NCBI GenBank assembly: GCA_965263295.1
Contig: OZ253665.1
Coordinates: forward strand, 768,001 to 832,000
Direction of reading: 5' to 3'
DNA: 64,000 nt
Source of the DNA: Spirochaetia bacterium
GTDB lineage: Bacteria; Spirochaetota; Spirochaetia; SP-2023
Part shown: positions 20,862-32,668 of the stretch, one piece after another
How positions within the stretch are numbered: position 1 is the first letter of the stretch
Layout: the number at the start of each line of letters is the position of its first letter
Program-made: the position numbers and the translations under genes
Notes under the pieces: generated by a model
What the model was told of the DNA's origin: nothing
The model's input: the letters and a program-made list of their open reading frames with translations, nothing else
Database searches by the model: none

Positions 20862-22157
20862 GTGGGACAAGTTCAAAGGCAGAGATCGAAAATAAAACGT
20901 CAAAGTCACAGCGTCATTTGGTTGCTGTGGTTAGTCGGCAGGTATTGGCTCGGTCGCAGTCGAGTTCATGCCGTCTCTTCCTTGTGGCTGGCGACCTTGG
21001 GGATTATGATCGGGGTTGCCACATTAATAGCGGTATTGACGGGCATGAGCGGCCTGCAGAGTGTGCTCACAGATTCAATTGAAGAAGTTACGGCCTATCA
21101 CCTACAGCTCATCGTCGAAACGAAGGCAGATAGCTTGATGCTGGAGCAACTCTTGCGACAAGAGCACGAAGTTGAAAATGTTACCCGCTGGCGCGAAGCT
21201 CCGATGTTACTGAACTCTGAATACGGCGAAGCGGTCATTGCCATTGTACGGGCCGTCGATCCCATCCATTTTATGCGGGATCGACGTCGCGCTGAAATAA
21301 TGCAAACCTTTGGGGCAATACGCGATGATGATTTGGCACAGTCAGGTCACATGTGGATCGGGCACAGCTTTTCTTACGAGAATGGCTTTACGGAAGGGGA
21401 TAGTATTCAGGTTATCAGCGCTGAGCATTTAGGGTCAAGGATTACGGCTCAGCAGCACAATTTTCTAGTCAGTGCGATCTATAGTTTGGGCAATCTAAAT
21501 GTCGAAAAAAACTATGTTTTTATCGGTTTGGATCCTTCAGTAGAGGGACTGTTTAACAGTGATGAATTTTTCCTGGGATTGAAACTTAAACGCAAGGGGC
21601 AGGCGTTGTCTTGCAAACGTCAGTTGCAACAAAAATTAATGGCGATGCAGCAAAACGGAAAAATAGGGCGGTTTCAATTGCGCACTGGACAAGAGGCCAA
21701 CCAAGCATTTTTTAATGCCTTACACACAGAAAAGTTATTTTTACAAATACTTGTCAGCCTGATTTTTATTGTTGTAGCCTTTCAGATTTATCAATCAACC
21801 CGGCGCACAGTATATGCCCGTATTCCTGAGTTAATGTTATTGCGAGCTTTGGGGGCCAGGCAAATTGAGGTTCGTTGCATTTTTCTTGTGGAAAGCCTGC
21901 TCGTTGGTCTTTTGGGCGTTGGTTTAGGGGTGCTGTGTGGCGTTGTGATTAGTCGGTATATAAATCAGATTCTATTGGGGGTCAGTAAGCTTTTGTTTCA
22001 AACCCCGGGCCTGATACCCAGTATTTCTACCAAGATACTTAGTTCTGATTTGTTGGTGATCGCGGGCTCAGCCCTCGTATTTAGCAGTGTCGCTGGTTGG
22101 TTGGCTACGCGTAGTTTGCTCCAAGTCAGCCCAATGAAGGTGTTGAGAAATGAATAA
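20862..22157 (+). CDS. Lipoprotein-releasing ABC permease, LolC/E (FtsX) family
   Basis: LGIMIGVATLIAVL TM1, large periplasmic domain, LRALGA motif, three C-terminal TMs. Confidence 0.85.
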   Translation: MGQVQRQRSKIKRQSHSVIWLLWLVGRYWLGRSRVHAVSSLWLATLGIMIGVATLIAVLTGMSGLQSVLTDSIEEVTAYHLQLIVETKADSLMLEQLLRQEHEVENVTRWREAPMLLNSEYGEAVIAIVRAVDPIHFMRDRRRAEIMQTFGAIRDDDLAQSGHMWIGHSFSYENGFTEGDSIQVISAEHLGSRITAQQHNFLVSAIYSLGNLNVEKNYVFIGLDPSVEGLFNSDEFFLGLKLKRKGQALSCKRQLQQKLMAMQQNGKIGRFQLRTGQEANQAFFNALHTEKLFLQILVSLIFIVVAFQIYQSTRRTVYARIPELMLLRALGARQIEVRCIFLVESLLVGLLGVGLGVLCGVVISRYINQILLGVSKLLFQTPGLIPSISTKILSSDLLVIAGSALVFSSVAGWLATRSLLQVSPMKVLRNE

Positions 22158-22259
22158 TCAGCAGTATTAGAACAAGCAAGGCTTCGTAGGGGTTTTTATT
22201 GGGGAGATTCTCCTTCATCCGCTTCAACACGTTCGCGGGGTCTCGCGGTACTTACTCTT

Positions 22260-22484
22260 GATGTAATTGTCACTACACATAATCCTGCAATATTAGATGC
22301 CGCCGGCCCTGAAATGATACCTTTTATTGCGGTTATACACAGAGATCAATTATCTGGGGCAAGTAAAATAACCCAGATGGAAGATTTAAATCATCTTCCC
22401 AAATTGATGTCATGGGGCTCTTTGGGGAAGCTTTCTGCCAATGGTAAAATTGAGAACGCCCTAGATAAGGAAGCGGTCCAATGA
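22260..22484 (+). pseudogene. 3' remnant of an AAA_21/ABC-type ATPase gene
   Basis: DVIVTTHNPAILDAAGPEMIPFIAVIHRD...LPKLMSWGSLG...*: H-loop (TTHNP) retained, Walker A/B absent; stop overlaps next ATG (ATGA). Confidence 0.72.
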
Positions 22485-23005
22485 AGAAAGTTTTAATTAT
22501 TGATACAAGTATTCTTTGTGTCTGGCTGGAGGTTCCAGGAAAGGATAGTTGTGGCCCTAAAGATGATTAATGGAATAAAGATTGAGTCGATAAGAAGATC
22601 AAGGAAGACAAATCTGCTGGAACGACATTTGTCCTTCCTTTGGCTACCATAATAGAAACAGGAAATCATATTGCTCAAGCTCACCAATTACGATACAAAT
22701 GCGCTGGTAAGCTAGCCCAAATAATGCAGAAGGTTGCACATGAAACAAAGCCTTGGGCTGCATTTTCAGCCCAAATTGATCTATGGTCAAATGAAAACTT
22801 TATAGCTCTCGCCGAGAAATGGCCAGAATTCGCCGCGAGGAAACTGTCATTGGGTGATGTGACAATAGTAGACGTAGCAAAATATTACGAAAAAATAGAT
22901 TCCTTGAGCGTTGAGATTCTAACTGCTGATAAAGGTTTAAAAACATATGAACCGGGTCAACCTACGACTGAAGTTCCAAAGCCCAGAAGAAGACAGAGAA
23001 AATAA
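22481..23005 (+). pseudogene. PIN-domain ribonuclease with two premature stops
   Basis: RBS + ATG 22481; MKKVLIIDTSIL...IIETGNH...SLGD...ILTADKGL (four PIN acidic residues); in-frame TAA 22568-70 and TGA 22583-85. Confidence 0.78.
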
Positions 23006-23180
23006 TGGTCTTTGATGTAAAAAGTGTAACCTTTTGACAAGGCCGAGCTAGTGGAATGAGTGAGCGGTGGCAAGCCCCACAGCCAGACTTGCCCTTTAGC
23101 TATTTTTAGTGAAAATAATTGAGCGTAAATTTCATGGGACTAATCTTAGTATTATATATAATAAGGATGTTTTAAGACAA

Positions 23181-23900
23181 ATGTATGTCAACAACCACAC
23201 AGATTTGATAGCGGTTGATGGGCTGTGTAAGTCTTACCTTTCAGGTTCTGAGCGTATTAAAATTTTGCAAAATCTGCAACTGCGTATACCCAAGGCTGTT
23301 TCCCTGGCTATTTTGGGTCAGAGTGGCAGCGGCAAAAGTACTTTTTTGAACTTGCTAGGTGGTTTAGACCGAGCTGACTCGGGAGAAATTTTCTGTGCCG
23401 GGGAAAATTTGAGTAACTATAGCGAAGCCCAATTGACGGTTTATCGCCAGAGATTTGTCGGTTTTATTTTCCAGCATCACTACATGCTGAAAGACTTGAC
23501 CGCTTTGGAAAACGTGATGCTGCCGGCGCGAATTGCTGGAAAATCGCGCTCACAGAGTGAAAAACGGGCCAAAGAATTACTGCAAGCTCTGAATTTAGGG
23601 GCTCGCATGAAACACTTACCGCACATGCTTTCTGGCGGCGAGCGCCAGCGCGTCGCAGTGGTCAGAGCTCTGATAAATGAACCTAAATTTGTGCTGGCTG
23701 ACGAGCCAACAGGAAGTTTGGATCAAGAAAATGCCCTGCTTGTAGCTAAGCTTTTGTTTTCTCTTTGCCGCGAACGGGATACGACGATGGTGCTTGTAAC
23801 CCACGAAGCCAGCCTTTGCGCTATGGCTGATCTGCATTATAACTTGGAAAATATGAATTTGGTGCTTCAAGCTGACAATTCAGGGAGGCAAAACCATTGA
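23181..23900 (+). CDS. lolD: Lipoprotein-releasing ABC ATPase
   Basis: GQSGSGKST, GFIFQHHY, LSGGERQR, LADEPTGSLD, VTH. Confidence 0.9.
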   Translation: MYVNNHTDLIAVDGLCKSYLSGSERIKILQNLQLRIPKAVSLAILGQSGSGKSTFLNLLGGLDRADSGEIFCAGENLSNYSEAQLTVYRQRFVGFIFQHHYMLKDLTALENVMLPARIAGKSRSQSEKRAKELLQALNLGARMKHLPHMLSGGERQRVAVVRALINEPKFVLADEPTGSLDQENALLVAKLLFSLCRERDTTMVLVTHEASLCAMADLHYNLENMNLVLQADNSGRQNH

Positions 23901-25207
23901 AGTTGCTTAGATTACCTCTAAGTCTGGAATTGGCAAGCGCTATGTTACTGCGCAGAAATTGCCGTAAATTTAAAGATTCACCAATGTTTGCAGCTTTTAT
24001 CGGTATTACTTTGAGTATTATACCATTTGTCCTTGTCGTCGAAGTTTCAGATAGTATGATCTCGGGAATTATGAACCGCTATATTGAAACCTTTTACTCT
24101 CATATCATATTACGTTTTTATAATTCATCCGCAAAGCAAGAAATACAAGATTTGCAACGGCGTATTTTACAGTTGGAAAATGTACGAATGACTTACAAAG
24201 AGCGCAGCGGTGTTGCTCTGTTAATTGCCCGAAAATCGCGTACACCTGTGCAGATAAGAGCTCTAGAGGCACAAGCTTTTACTGAAGACCAAGGCTTGCA
24301 GCGCTACCTGAAAGTGATTTCGGGGGCTTGGGAATTGTCTTCTGGCTCTATTTTGTTAGCCAATGATGTGGCTTTTAAGTTAGGCATCCAAGTTGGCGAT
24401 GAGGTGACTTTGTTGATGGGAGCAAGGTTTGGCCGCAGTCAACAGTTGCGACCCAAAATTGAGAAATTTCTAGTACGTGGCATTGTGAGTACCGGATATC
24501 AGGAATTGGATCACTTGTGGGCCTTTATTTCTTATAATGATGCCACATCTTTTTTTCACGATAGCAATAGTGAGTTACAGTTGCACATTAAAATTGCTGA
24601 TGCTTTTGATTTTGGGCTACTAAATCAAACTCTGCGCCAAGTGCAGAGTTTGATTAGTTCGGGATTGGCGAGGGCGCGAAGTTGGTATAACCAGGCGGCT
24701 GAGTTGCGTCAGTCCTACCAGTTTACCAAGTCTATATTGGTGTATATCATGTATTTAATTGTTGCAGTAGGGACTGTTAACATAACTTCTTCAATGGTTA
24801 TGCTGGTCTTGGAGAATCGTGCAGAGATTGCTATTATGAAAACTTTTGGTGCCAATAAAGCGCTGATTCGCAATATTTATATCTGGATAGCAATTCTAGT
24901 CAGTGTGGTGGCGATCTTTTGCGGCGTGAGTCTGGGGATTTTAATTTCTTACTTCATTAATGAAATTATATTAGTAATAAACACTTCTATACAGGTTATT
25001 GCAAATCTTTGCAATAATGTCGACAATCAACTGGATTTATTGGATAAATCTTTTTATCTGGAACGCATACCGATCCGTCTACAAATACTCCCTCTGATCT
25101 TAATCAGTGTTTTTGTGTTATTGCTGAGTTTTATTTTTTCTCTTATGCCTGCTTTGCGGGCTGCCAATATGCTGCCATTAACAATCTTGCGTCAAAACCG
25201 TTCATAA
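23897..25207 (+). CDS. Lipoprotein-releasing ABC permease, LolE/C family
   Basis: Overlaps lolD stop; EIAIMKTFGA, FYLERIP, PALRAA. Confidence 0.85.
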   Translation: MKLLRLPLSLELASAMLLRRNCRKFKDSPMFAAFIGITLSIIPFVLVVEVSDSMISGIMNRYIETFYSHIILRFYNSSAKQEIQDLQRRILQLENVRMTYKERSGVALLIARKSRTPVQIRALEAQAFTEDQGLQRYLKVISGAWELSSGSILLANDVAFKLGIQVGDEVTLLMGARFGRSQQLRPKIEKFLVRGIVSTGYQELDHLWAFISYNDATSFFHDSNSELQLHIKIADAFDFGLLNQTLRQVQSLISSGLARARSWYNQAAELRQSYQFTKSILVYIMYLIVAVGTVNITSSMVMLVLENRAEIAIMKTFGANKALIRNIYIWIAILVSVVAIFCGVSLGILISYFINEIILVINTSIQVIANLCNNVDNQLDLLDKSFYLERIPIRLQILPLILISVFVLLLSFIFSLMPALRAANMLPLTILRQNRS

Positions 25208-25253
25208 ATTCTGATATATGAGAATTCATGAACGATAACCTTTGCTTTATAAG

Positions 25254-25277
25254 ACCCTCCTGTGAATTCAGGAGGGT
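25254..25277. terminator. Hairpin between convergent lolE and sodB
   Basis: ACCCTCCTG-tgaatt-CAGGAGGGT perfect 9-bp stem; weak U-tracts. Confidence 0.5.
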
Positions 25278-25291
25278 TAATTCAGGGGGAT

Positions 25292-25894
25292 TTACGAGAC
25301 TAGCGCAGCCTCTGCGAAGGCCCAGTTGACCATATGATCCAAAAAGCTGACGACAAAGTCCAAGCGCCTATTTTGGTAGTCCAGATAGTAAGAATGTTCC
25401 CAAACATCCAGACCTACCAGAGCTTTTTTGCCATGGATCAAAGGGTTTTCCCCATTGGGTGTTTTCATAACTTCCAGCCGCTCGCCATCTTGCACAAGCC
25501 ACGCCCAGCCACTGCCGAACTGCCCCATGGCCGCATTCTGGAACTGCTCTTTAAAACCTTCAAAACTACCGAAATCCCGCTTTATCCTCTGAAGCAATTC
25601 AGCGCCGGGCATACCTCCGCCCTGAGGTTTCATATTGTTCCAAAATAAGATATGGTTCCAATTCTGAGCTGCGTTGTTAAACAAGGCGTCATTTTTTTTG
25701 TAGCTTTCAACCACAATTTTTTCTAAACTTTCCTTAGTCGGGGGCAGCTGCTCCCACGGCGAACCTTCCAGCAAGCTATTGAGCTTGGTGACGTATGCAT
25801 TATGGTGTTTGCCATGATGAAATTCTAACGTCCTTTTCGACATGTGGGGTTCAAGAGCATTTAATTCATATGGCAACTCAGTTAATTTAAACAC
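25292..25894 (-). CDS. sodB: Superoxide dismutase, probably Fe-type
   Basis: LPYxxxALEP, HHGKHH, NNAAQ, FGSGWAWL, DVWEHSYY; GTG start after AAGGAG. Confidence 0.93.
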   Translation of the reverse strand: MFKLTELPYELNALEPHMSKRTLEFHHGKHHNAYVTKLNSLLEGSPWEQLPPTKESLEKIVVESYKKNDALFNNAAQNWNHILFWNNMKPQGGGMPGAELLQRIKRDFGSFEGFKEQFQNAAMGQFGSGWAWLVQDGERLEVMKTPNGENPLIHGKKALVGLDVWEHSYYLDYQNRRLDFVVSFLDHMVNWAFAEAALVS

Positions 25895-26065
25895 AAACAA
25901 CTCCTTGTATTTTTTGAATATGACTACTATAACACATTTGTGCCTCCTTAATAAAGAGTTCATGAAAGTTTTTTTCAAATTGAATTTTCTTATCGGATTC
26001 ACTTGAAATCTATTTTTATTTTTTTGCTATGATTGCCTTGAAGCTAGAAAATTATCGAAAGATTA

Positions 26066-26890
26066 TCAACGTGTGGTCCAGCCTCCATCGATAACAAGAT
26101 TTTGGCCCGTAATATAAGCACCTGCCCGGCTACAAAGCAAAAGCACAGCACCACTTAAATCTTCTGGCTTGCCAATGCGCCCGGCAATACTGCGTTGCGC
26201 AAGTAAATTGCGAAAGCCGGTAGATGGTCCTCCGTCTTTCGCCGTGCGCGGGAAGGCACCAGGCGAAATGGCGTTGACGGTGAGTTGCGGGTATTCGGCC
26301 CCCCAGAACGAAGCCCAATACTTGGTAAGCTGGATTAAGGCGGCTTTAGCCGCACCATAAATCGCTTGACTGCGTTGCTTGGGTTCATCGCGGTAAATTT
26401 CGGGATCTGGTGCGACAACTCCGTAAATTGAAGCAATGTTGACTATGCGGCTTTGGTCAGAGCGCTGCAAAAGTTTGCTGGCTTTATCGGTGAAATCTGC
26501 GCCGTGGCTGAGCAAACCATCCATTCTGTGGCAAAAGCTATTAGAAGAATCTTCTGGCGGTAAGAAAAAAGCATTATTGACCAGAATATCCAAGCCGCCA
26601 GCTTCGCTTTGTACTTTTGCCAAGGCTTCAGAATGGCTGACGTCATTGGCTAAATTAAAGGGCAAGAAACTTATGTCTGCCATACCCAGCTCTGGGTACT
26701 GACTGGCCAAGGCTTCTAAGAGAACAAAGGGGAAATTTTCACGGAAGCGTTCTTTATTGGGGCCTGCGCAATACACACGAGCCCCCGCTGCGGCCAAGGT
26801 CCAGCACATGACCCGCCCTAAATGGCCGTAGCCGCCAGTGACTATGGCGGTGCGACCTTTGAGGCTGAACAGTTCTTCGACGTAGGTCAT
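26066..26890 (-). CDS. SDR oxidoreductase, resembling SDRs of nonulosonic-acid/flagellin-modification loci
   Basis: TGGYGHLG, LVNNA, ASIYGVVAPD, YxxxK (YGAAK), GQNLVIDGG. Confidence 0.85.
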   Translation of the reverse strand: MTYVEELFSLKGRTAIVTGGYGHLGRVMCWTLAAAGARVYCAGPNKERFRENFPFVLLEALASQYPELGMADISFLPFNLANDVSHSEALAKVQSEAGGLDILVNNAFFLPPEDSSNSFCHRMDGLLSHGADFTDKASKLLQRSDQSRIVNIASIYGVVAPDPEIYRDEPKQRSQAIYGAAKAALIQLTKYWASFWGAEYPQLTVNAISPGAFPRTAKDGGPSTGFRNLLAQRSIAGRIGKPEDLSGAVLLLCSRAGAYITGQNLVIDGGWTTR

Positions 26891-26899
26891 TCTGAATAT

Positions 26900-28840
<1,941 letters not shown>

Positions 28841-29133
28841 CTACCTGATCATGGAGTAGAAATTGCTAAGGGATATGAAAAAACCATTATTTCGACGCTT
28901 ACATTTTTTAGCGCAAAAATCTGGGCTATTATAGCAAGCCCGCAAGGCTTAGCATAGAGGAAAGACGCCAGAGGAAGACAAAGATACAGACAGCGTGGAC
29001 TTAGGCTTGGGGTTCGTGCTTTAGGTTTTTGCATGTGGCTTGTTTGGAGCAAAATATCTTGCCCGACTTGCCCAAAGAGCCAGCTCATATTTTCGCGCAT
29101 TTCCCCAAAGTTTTTTGAGAACTTCGGGTTGAC

Positions 29134-30030
29134 TTATTTGCCCGCAGTCAAAGAAACTCCGCTTTCCAGCTGCCTCACAAGCAGCACAAAGACGAACAGC
29201 GGTGGCAGCACAACAATGATCGCTCCGGCCATTAATACCCCCCATTCCACCTGGTCCTGTGCGACCATTAAGCGCAAAGCGACCTGAATGACCTGGGATT
29301 CGCTATCCTGAATTATCAGCCGAGGCCAAAAATATTGGTTCCAATAAAATACGAACTGAATTACCCACAGTGCGCCAATTGTATTTAGGCTAACTGGAAT
29401 CAGAATTCGAAATAAATATCGCCAGGGGCCCATACCTTCAATGACGGCAACCTCGGCAAAAGACTTGGGAATGGCACGAAAGTGCTGAATAAACAAAAAC
29501 GTACCCGTGGCTGAAGCCAAAAAAGGGATGATAATCGCCTTATAAGTATTGTCCCAGTCCAAGCCAAATGGAATGGGCTGAAACAATACGCGCAGAGGGC
29601 TGGCCAGCCAGGCCAGAAATTGCCCGGCGCTGGGTTGCCGCTGAGAGATCACATCAAAGAGGCCAATGGCAATTAAGTCTGTAGGAATATAGAGAGTCAG
29701 CAGAATTGCCCAGAACAATCCGACTTTGGCAGGGACGCGAAAGTAGACGAACGCCATGGCCGACAAGATTGAGAGTATTGTTTTGCCCAGAGTAATTGCC
29801 GTGGTGATGACCAATGTATTGGCCATAAAGGTGCCCATATGATATCCACTCCAGGCCGCCTTGAGGTTGTGCCAGAGTAGCCCTCCGGGAAGGAGGGAGG
29901 GGGTAATGGCTGCAGCCTTGTCTTGTGTCGCTTTAAACAACAAGAACAAAATAGGCAGGCCAAAGATCAGACTGGCAATGGCCAGGATAATATGCACGGC
30001 GATGGCATTGCCTCGTTTTCGGCGCGGCAT
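29134..30030 (-). CDS. CUT1 ABC permease (UgpE/MalG-like)
   Basis: EAA-like loop, WNQYFWP, ASATGTFLF. Confidence 0.85.
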   Translation of the reverse strand: MPRRKRGNAIAVHIILAIASLIFGLPILFLLFKATQDKAAAITPSLLPGGLLWHNLKAAWSGYHMGTFMANTLVITTAITLGKTILSILSAMAFVYFRVPAKVGLFWAILLTLYIPTDLIAIGLFDVISQRQPSAGQFLAWLASPLRVLFQPIPFGLDWDNTYKAIIIPFLASATGTFLFIQHFRAIPKSFAEVAVIEGMGPWRYLFRILIPVSLNTIGALWVIQFVFYWNQYFWPRLIIQDSESQVIQVALRLMVAQDQVEWGVLMAGAIIVVLPPLFVFVLLVRQLESGVSLTAGK

Positions 30031-30962
30031 TAGTTATTTTCTCCATACTGGACATGTTTATGAGCAATACGGTAATTGAATATAGCCATGACCACCACCA
30101 GAAAAAATAAAACCATGCTCTGCGCCGCTGCCGAACCAATGTTACTGCTGCCCCCAAAGCCGTCTTGGAAAATCTTGTACATCATTGTCGACGTCGTTCC
30201 TGTATTGTCAAAGAAACCAGTGCCCACCGGAGAGCCTTTGGTAAAAATATCAATAAAACCGAAGGAATCGAAAACGACAAAAGTCAGATTGGTGAAAACC
30301 AGAAAAAATGTCGTGGGAGAAAGTAAGGGAGCAGAAATGCGGCACAGTTTGGTCAAGCCATGGGCACCATCTATTTTTGCCGCTGCGTTAATTTCTGGCG
30401 ATATGTTCTGGAAAGCTGCGATGTAAAATATGACATTATAACCAAGATTCTTCCAGATTAAGGCGGCGGCAGTCAGTGTCAGAGCCAAAGCTCCGTTGCC
30501 CAACCAGTTTGGACTTATTCCCAGCAGGCTCTCTAGGAGCTCATTGACTATGCCCGCCTTGGGATTAAACATAAATGAAAAAATTACCGCCATGACAGAA
30601 GGGGAAAGCGCAAAACTCAAAAAAATAATACCTCGATATAACCTTAAGCCTCGGATCGGTAGGGTCAACATGTAGGCCAGAGCCATGCTTAGGCTAATAC
30701 CGATAACTTCGACGACAAGCACCAGGATCATTGTCTGTACAAAGACTTGGCGATAAGCTCCGGCAAAGGGCCCGACAAAGAGCTTTGTAAAGTTATCCAC
30801 GGCAGTGAAACTGCGGGTATTCAGCACGAAATTGCTGCGGTAAAAACTGGTGACAAACATCTGCCATAAAGGGTAATACAGAAAAACCAGCAGGATTAGC
30901 AAGGTGGGTAGAAGCAAGGCTAAAGCCAGGTATTTGTTGCGAAATATGGGGTAATCAAGCAT
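30030..30962 (-). CDS. CUT1 ABC permease (UgpA/MalF-like)
   Basis: WKNLGYN, AAKIDGA, PLLSPTTFFL. Confidence 0.87.
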   Translation of the reverse strand: MLDYPIFRNKYLALALLLPTLLILLVFLYYPLWQMFVTSFYRSNFVLNTRSFTAVDNFTKLFVGPFAGAYRQVFVQTMILVLVVEVIGISLSMALAYMLTLPIRGLRLYRGIIFLSFALSPSVMAVIFSFMFNPKAGIVNELLESLLGISPNWLGNGALALTLTAAALIWKNLGYNVIFYIAAFQNISPEINAAAKIDGAHGLTKLCRISAPLLSPTTFFLVFTNLTFVVFDSFGFIDIFTKGSPVGTGFFDNTGTTSTMMYKIFQDGFGGSSNIGSAAAQSMVLFFLVVVMAIFNYRIAHKHVQYGENN

Positions 30963-30999
30963 ACAAAAGTCTTTGTATATAAAAAGATAAATGCAAAGT

Positions 31000-31028
31000 G
31001 CCCAGTGATTTTCTTGCCGTCACTGGGC
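31000..31028 (-). terminator. Intercistronic stem-loop after the binding-protein gene
   Basis: GCCCAGTGA-N11-TCACTGGGC perfect 9-bp inverted repeat. Confidence 0.5.
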
Positions 31029-31049
31029 CCATAAAATTCGAATGGAATC

Positions 31050-32414
31050 TTATTCGACGTTCTGGTTGTATTCCGTCAGCTTTGCGTTGGCCTTGGCCTC
31101 AGCCTCGGCCAGGGCACTGTCCACGTCGGTGCCATTTAGAACCTGTTGCACGGCTTCCTCAATGATAGTGCGGGTATCGGTAAAACTGCCCAGCATGGCT
31201 CCGGCCGTGGCATAGTTGGCTTTTGTCTCCAGAAGCTGGTCAAAGGCCTTGGTAAACAGTGGGTTGCTCTCAAACCAGCCTTGATCTTTAAGCAGCTCAA
31301 TGCTGGACTTACGTACGGGATAATATCCGGTAAGTTTGTGCCAGCTGGCCATGTTTTCGGTGTTTGTCATGAAAACCAGGAAGTCACGGGCGGCTATTTG
31401 TTCATCGTGTGGCAAGCCTTTGCCGAGCCAGACACTACCGCCACCGATGACGGTGCCGTTGCGCTCCGAATCGGCGGGAATGGGCATAAATGCCGTAGCT
31501 AGTTCAAATTTACCCTCGACAGCCTGAGCGATATTACCTGCGTCGGCAGTCGAGGTCATATGGAACATGACCTTGCCCGCAGTGAAAATGGCATCGCTGC
31601 CGCTCCAGTCTTCCAGCTTGCCAGTATACTTGTAAAATCCTTTATCATTCAGCTCCTTGACGAAGTTAAATGCACGTTTCATATCTGCAGATTCAAGCAG
31701 TAGTGTTGTAGCGCGGCCGCTGCGGCCATTGTCGCTATCGGCCAGCAAAGCTCCCTGCTGGGCTACCCATTGTTCAAAGAACCAGCCGTGCAGGTTAAAA
31801 CCAAAACCAGCAGCTTCTAAGCCTTTGGCTTGAGCGGCCTCAGCTGCCGCCAGAATGTCCTCAAAAGTCTGCGGCGGGTTTTCTGGGTCCAGACCCGCCT
31901 CGCGCATGAGGTCCTTGTTGTAGTAGAGAATCGGAGAGGAGCTATTGAAGGGAATGGAATTAACTTTACCGTCAATTGTGTAGTAATTGAGAACCGAATC
32001 AATGTAGTCGCTAAAATCAAAGTCGCCAATGGCGCTGATTGGTTCAAAAACCTGAGAATCATACGCCAACTGCGAGCCGATTTCGAAAATATGCGTCAGG
32101 TGCGGCGCTTTGCCTTGACGAGCGGCCAAGATGCTTGCGTTTAAAGTCTCGCGATATGAGCCTTTAGATTCGGGAATCAAAATGTATTGACTTTGCGTTT
32201 CGTTCCACTGGTCGGCCATCTCCTGTATCCAATTGCCGCGCGCCGTATCACTAAAGATATGCCAAAAATGTATTTCTTTGCGGCTTACTTCCTCTTGATT
32301 GTCTAGCTGATCGCTCGGCGGGCCTGCGTCCGAACTGCGCTTGCATGCCAGCCAGGGCAGTGCCAACGTGGCGATGAGGATAATATGGCGCACGGCCTTG
32401 AAAGAAAGATTCAT
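31050..32414 (-). CDS. CUT1 ABC substrate-binding lipoprotein, UgpB-like (glycerol-3-phosphate/glycerophosphodiester?)
   Basis: Lipobox WLAC, SIPFNSSSPILYYNKD, IGGGSVW, WHKLTGYYP. Confidence 0.82.
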   Translation of the reverse strand: MNLSFKAVRHIILIATLALPWLACKRSSDAGPPSDQLDNQEEVSRKEIHFWHIFSDTARGNWIQEMADQWNETQSQYILIPESKGSYRETLNASILAARQGKAPHLTHIFEIGSQLAYDSQVFEPISAIGDFDFSDYIDSVLNYYTIDGKVNSIPFNSSSPILYYNKDLMREAGLDPENPPQTFEDILAAAEAAQAKGLEAAGFGFNLHGWFFEQWVAQQGALLADSDNGRSGRATTLLLESADMKRAFNFVKELNDKGFYKYTGKLEDWSGSDAIFTAGKVMFHMTSTADAGNIAQAVEGKFELATAFMPIPADSERNGTVIGGGSVWLGKGLPHDEQIAARDFLVFMTNTENMASWHKLTGYYPVRKSSIELLKDQGWFESNPLFTKAFDQLLETKANYATAGAMLGSFTDTRTIIEEAVQQVLNGTDVDSALAEAEAKANAKLTEYNQNVE

Positions 32415-32668
32415 GTCTTACTCCTTAGTTTTGTCGATAATTCTTTGCTATTTGCAAAGTTATATAAAATATAAAATTAATCATAAAAGTTATATAAAAG
32501 GTGTATAAAAAACTTATATAAAGCATGCATAAGATTAATTAAACTTAACGCACCGGCATTCTAATTAGTTCGCGACAAAGTGACAAGTGAAATATAAATG
32601 AATGCGAGCTTCCTGGTATTGAAGTTTTTGAATTCTGGTCTTCATTGTGAAATTGGGTTAGAGGAGAA

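Noticed and set aside
22568..22585. Stop-codon recoding or alternative genetic code in the PIN gene
   Set aside because: Two different stops (TAA and TGA) lie five codons apart, both are used as normal terminators elsewhere, and the partner ATPase is also broken.
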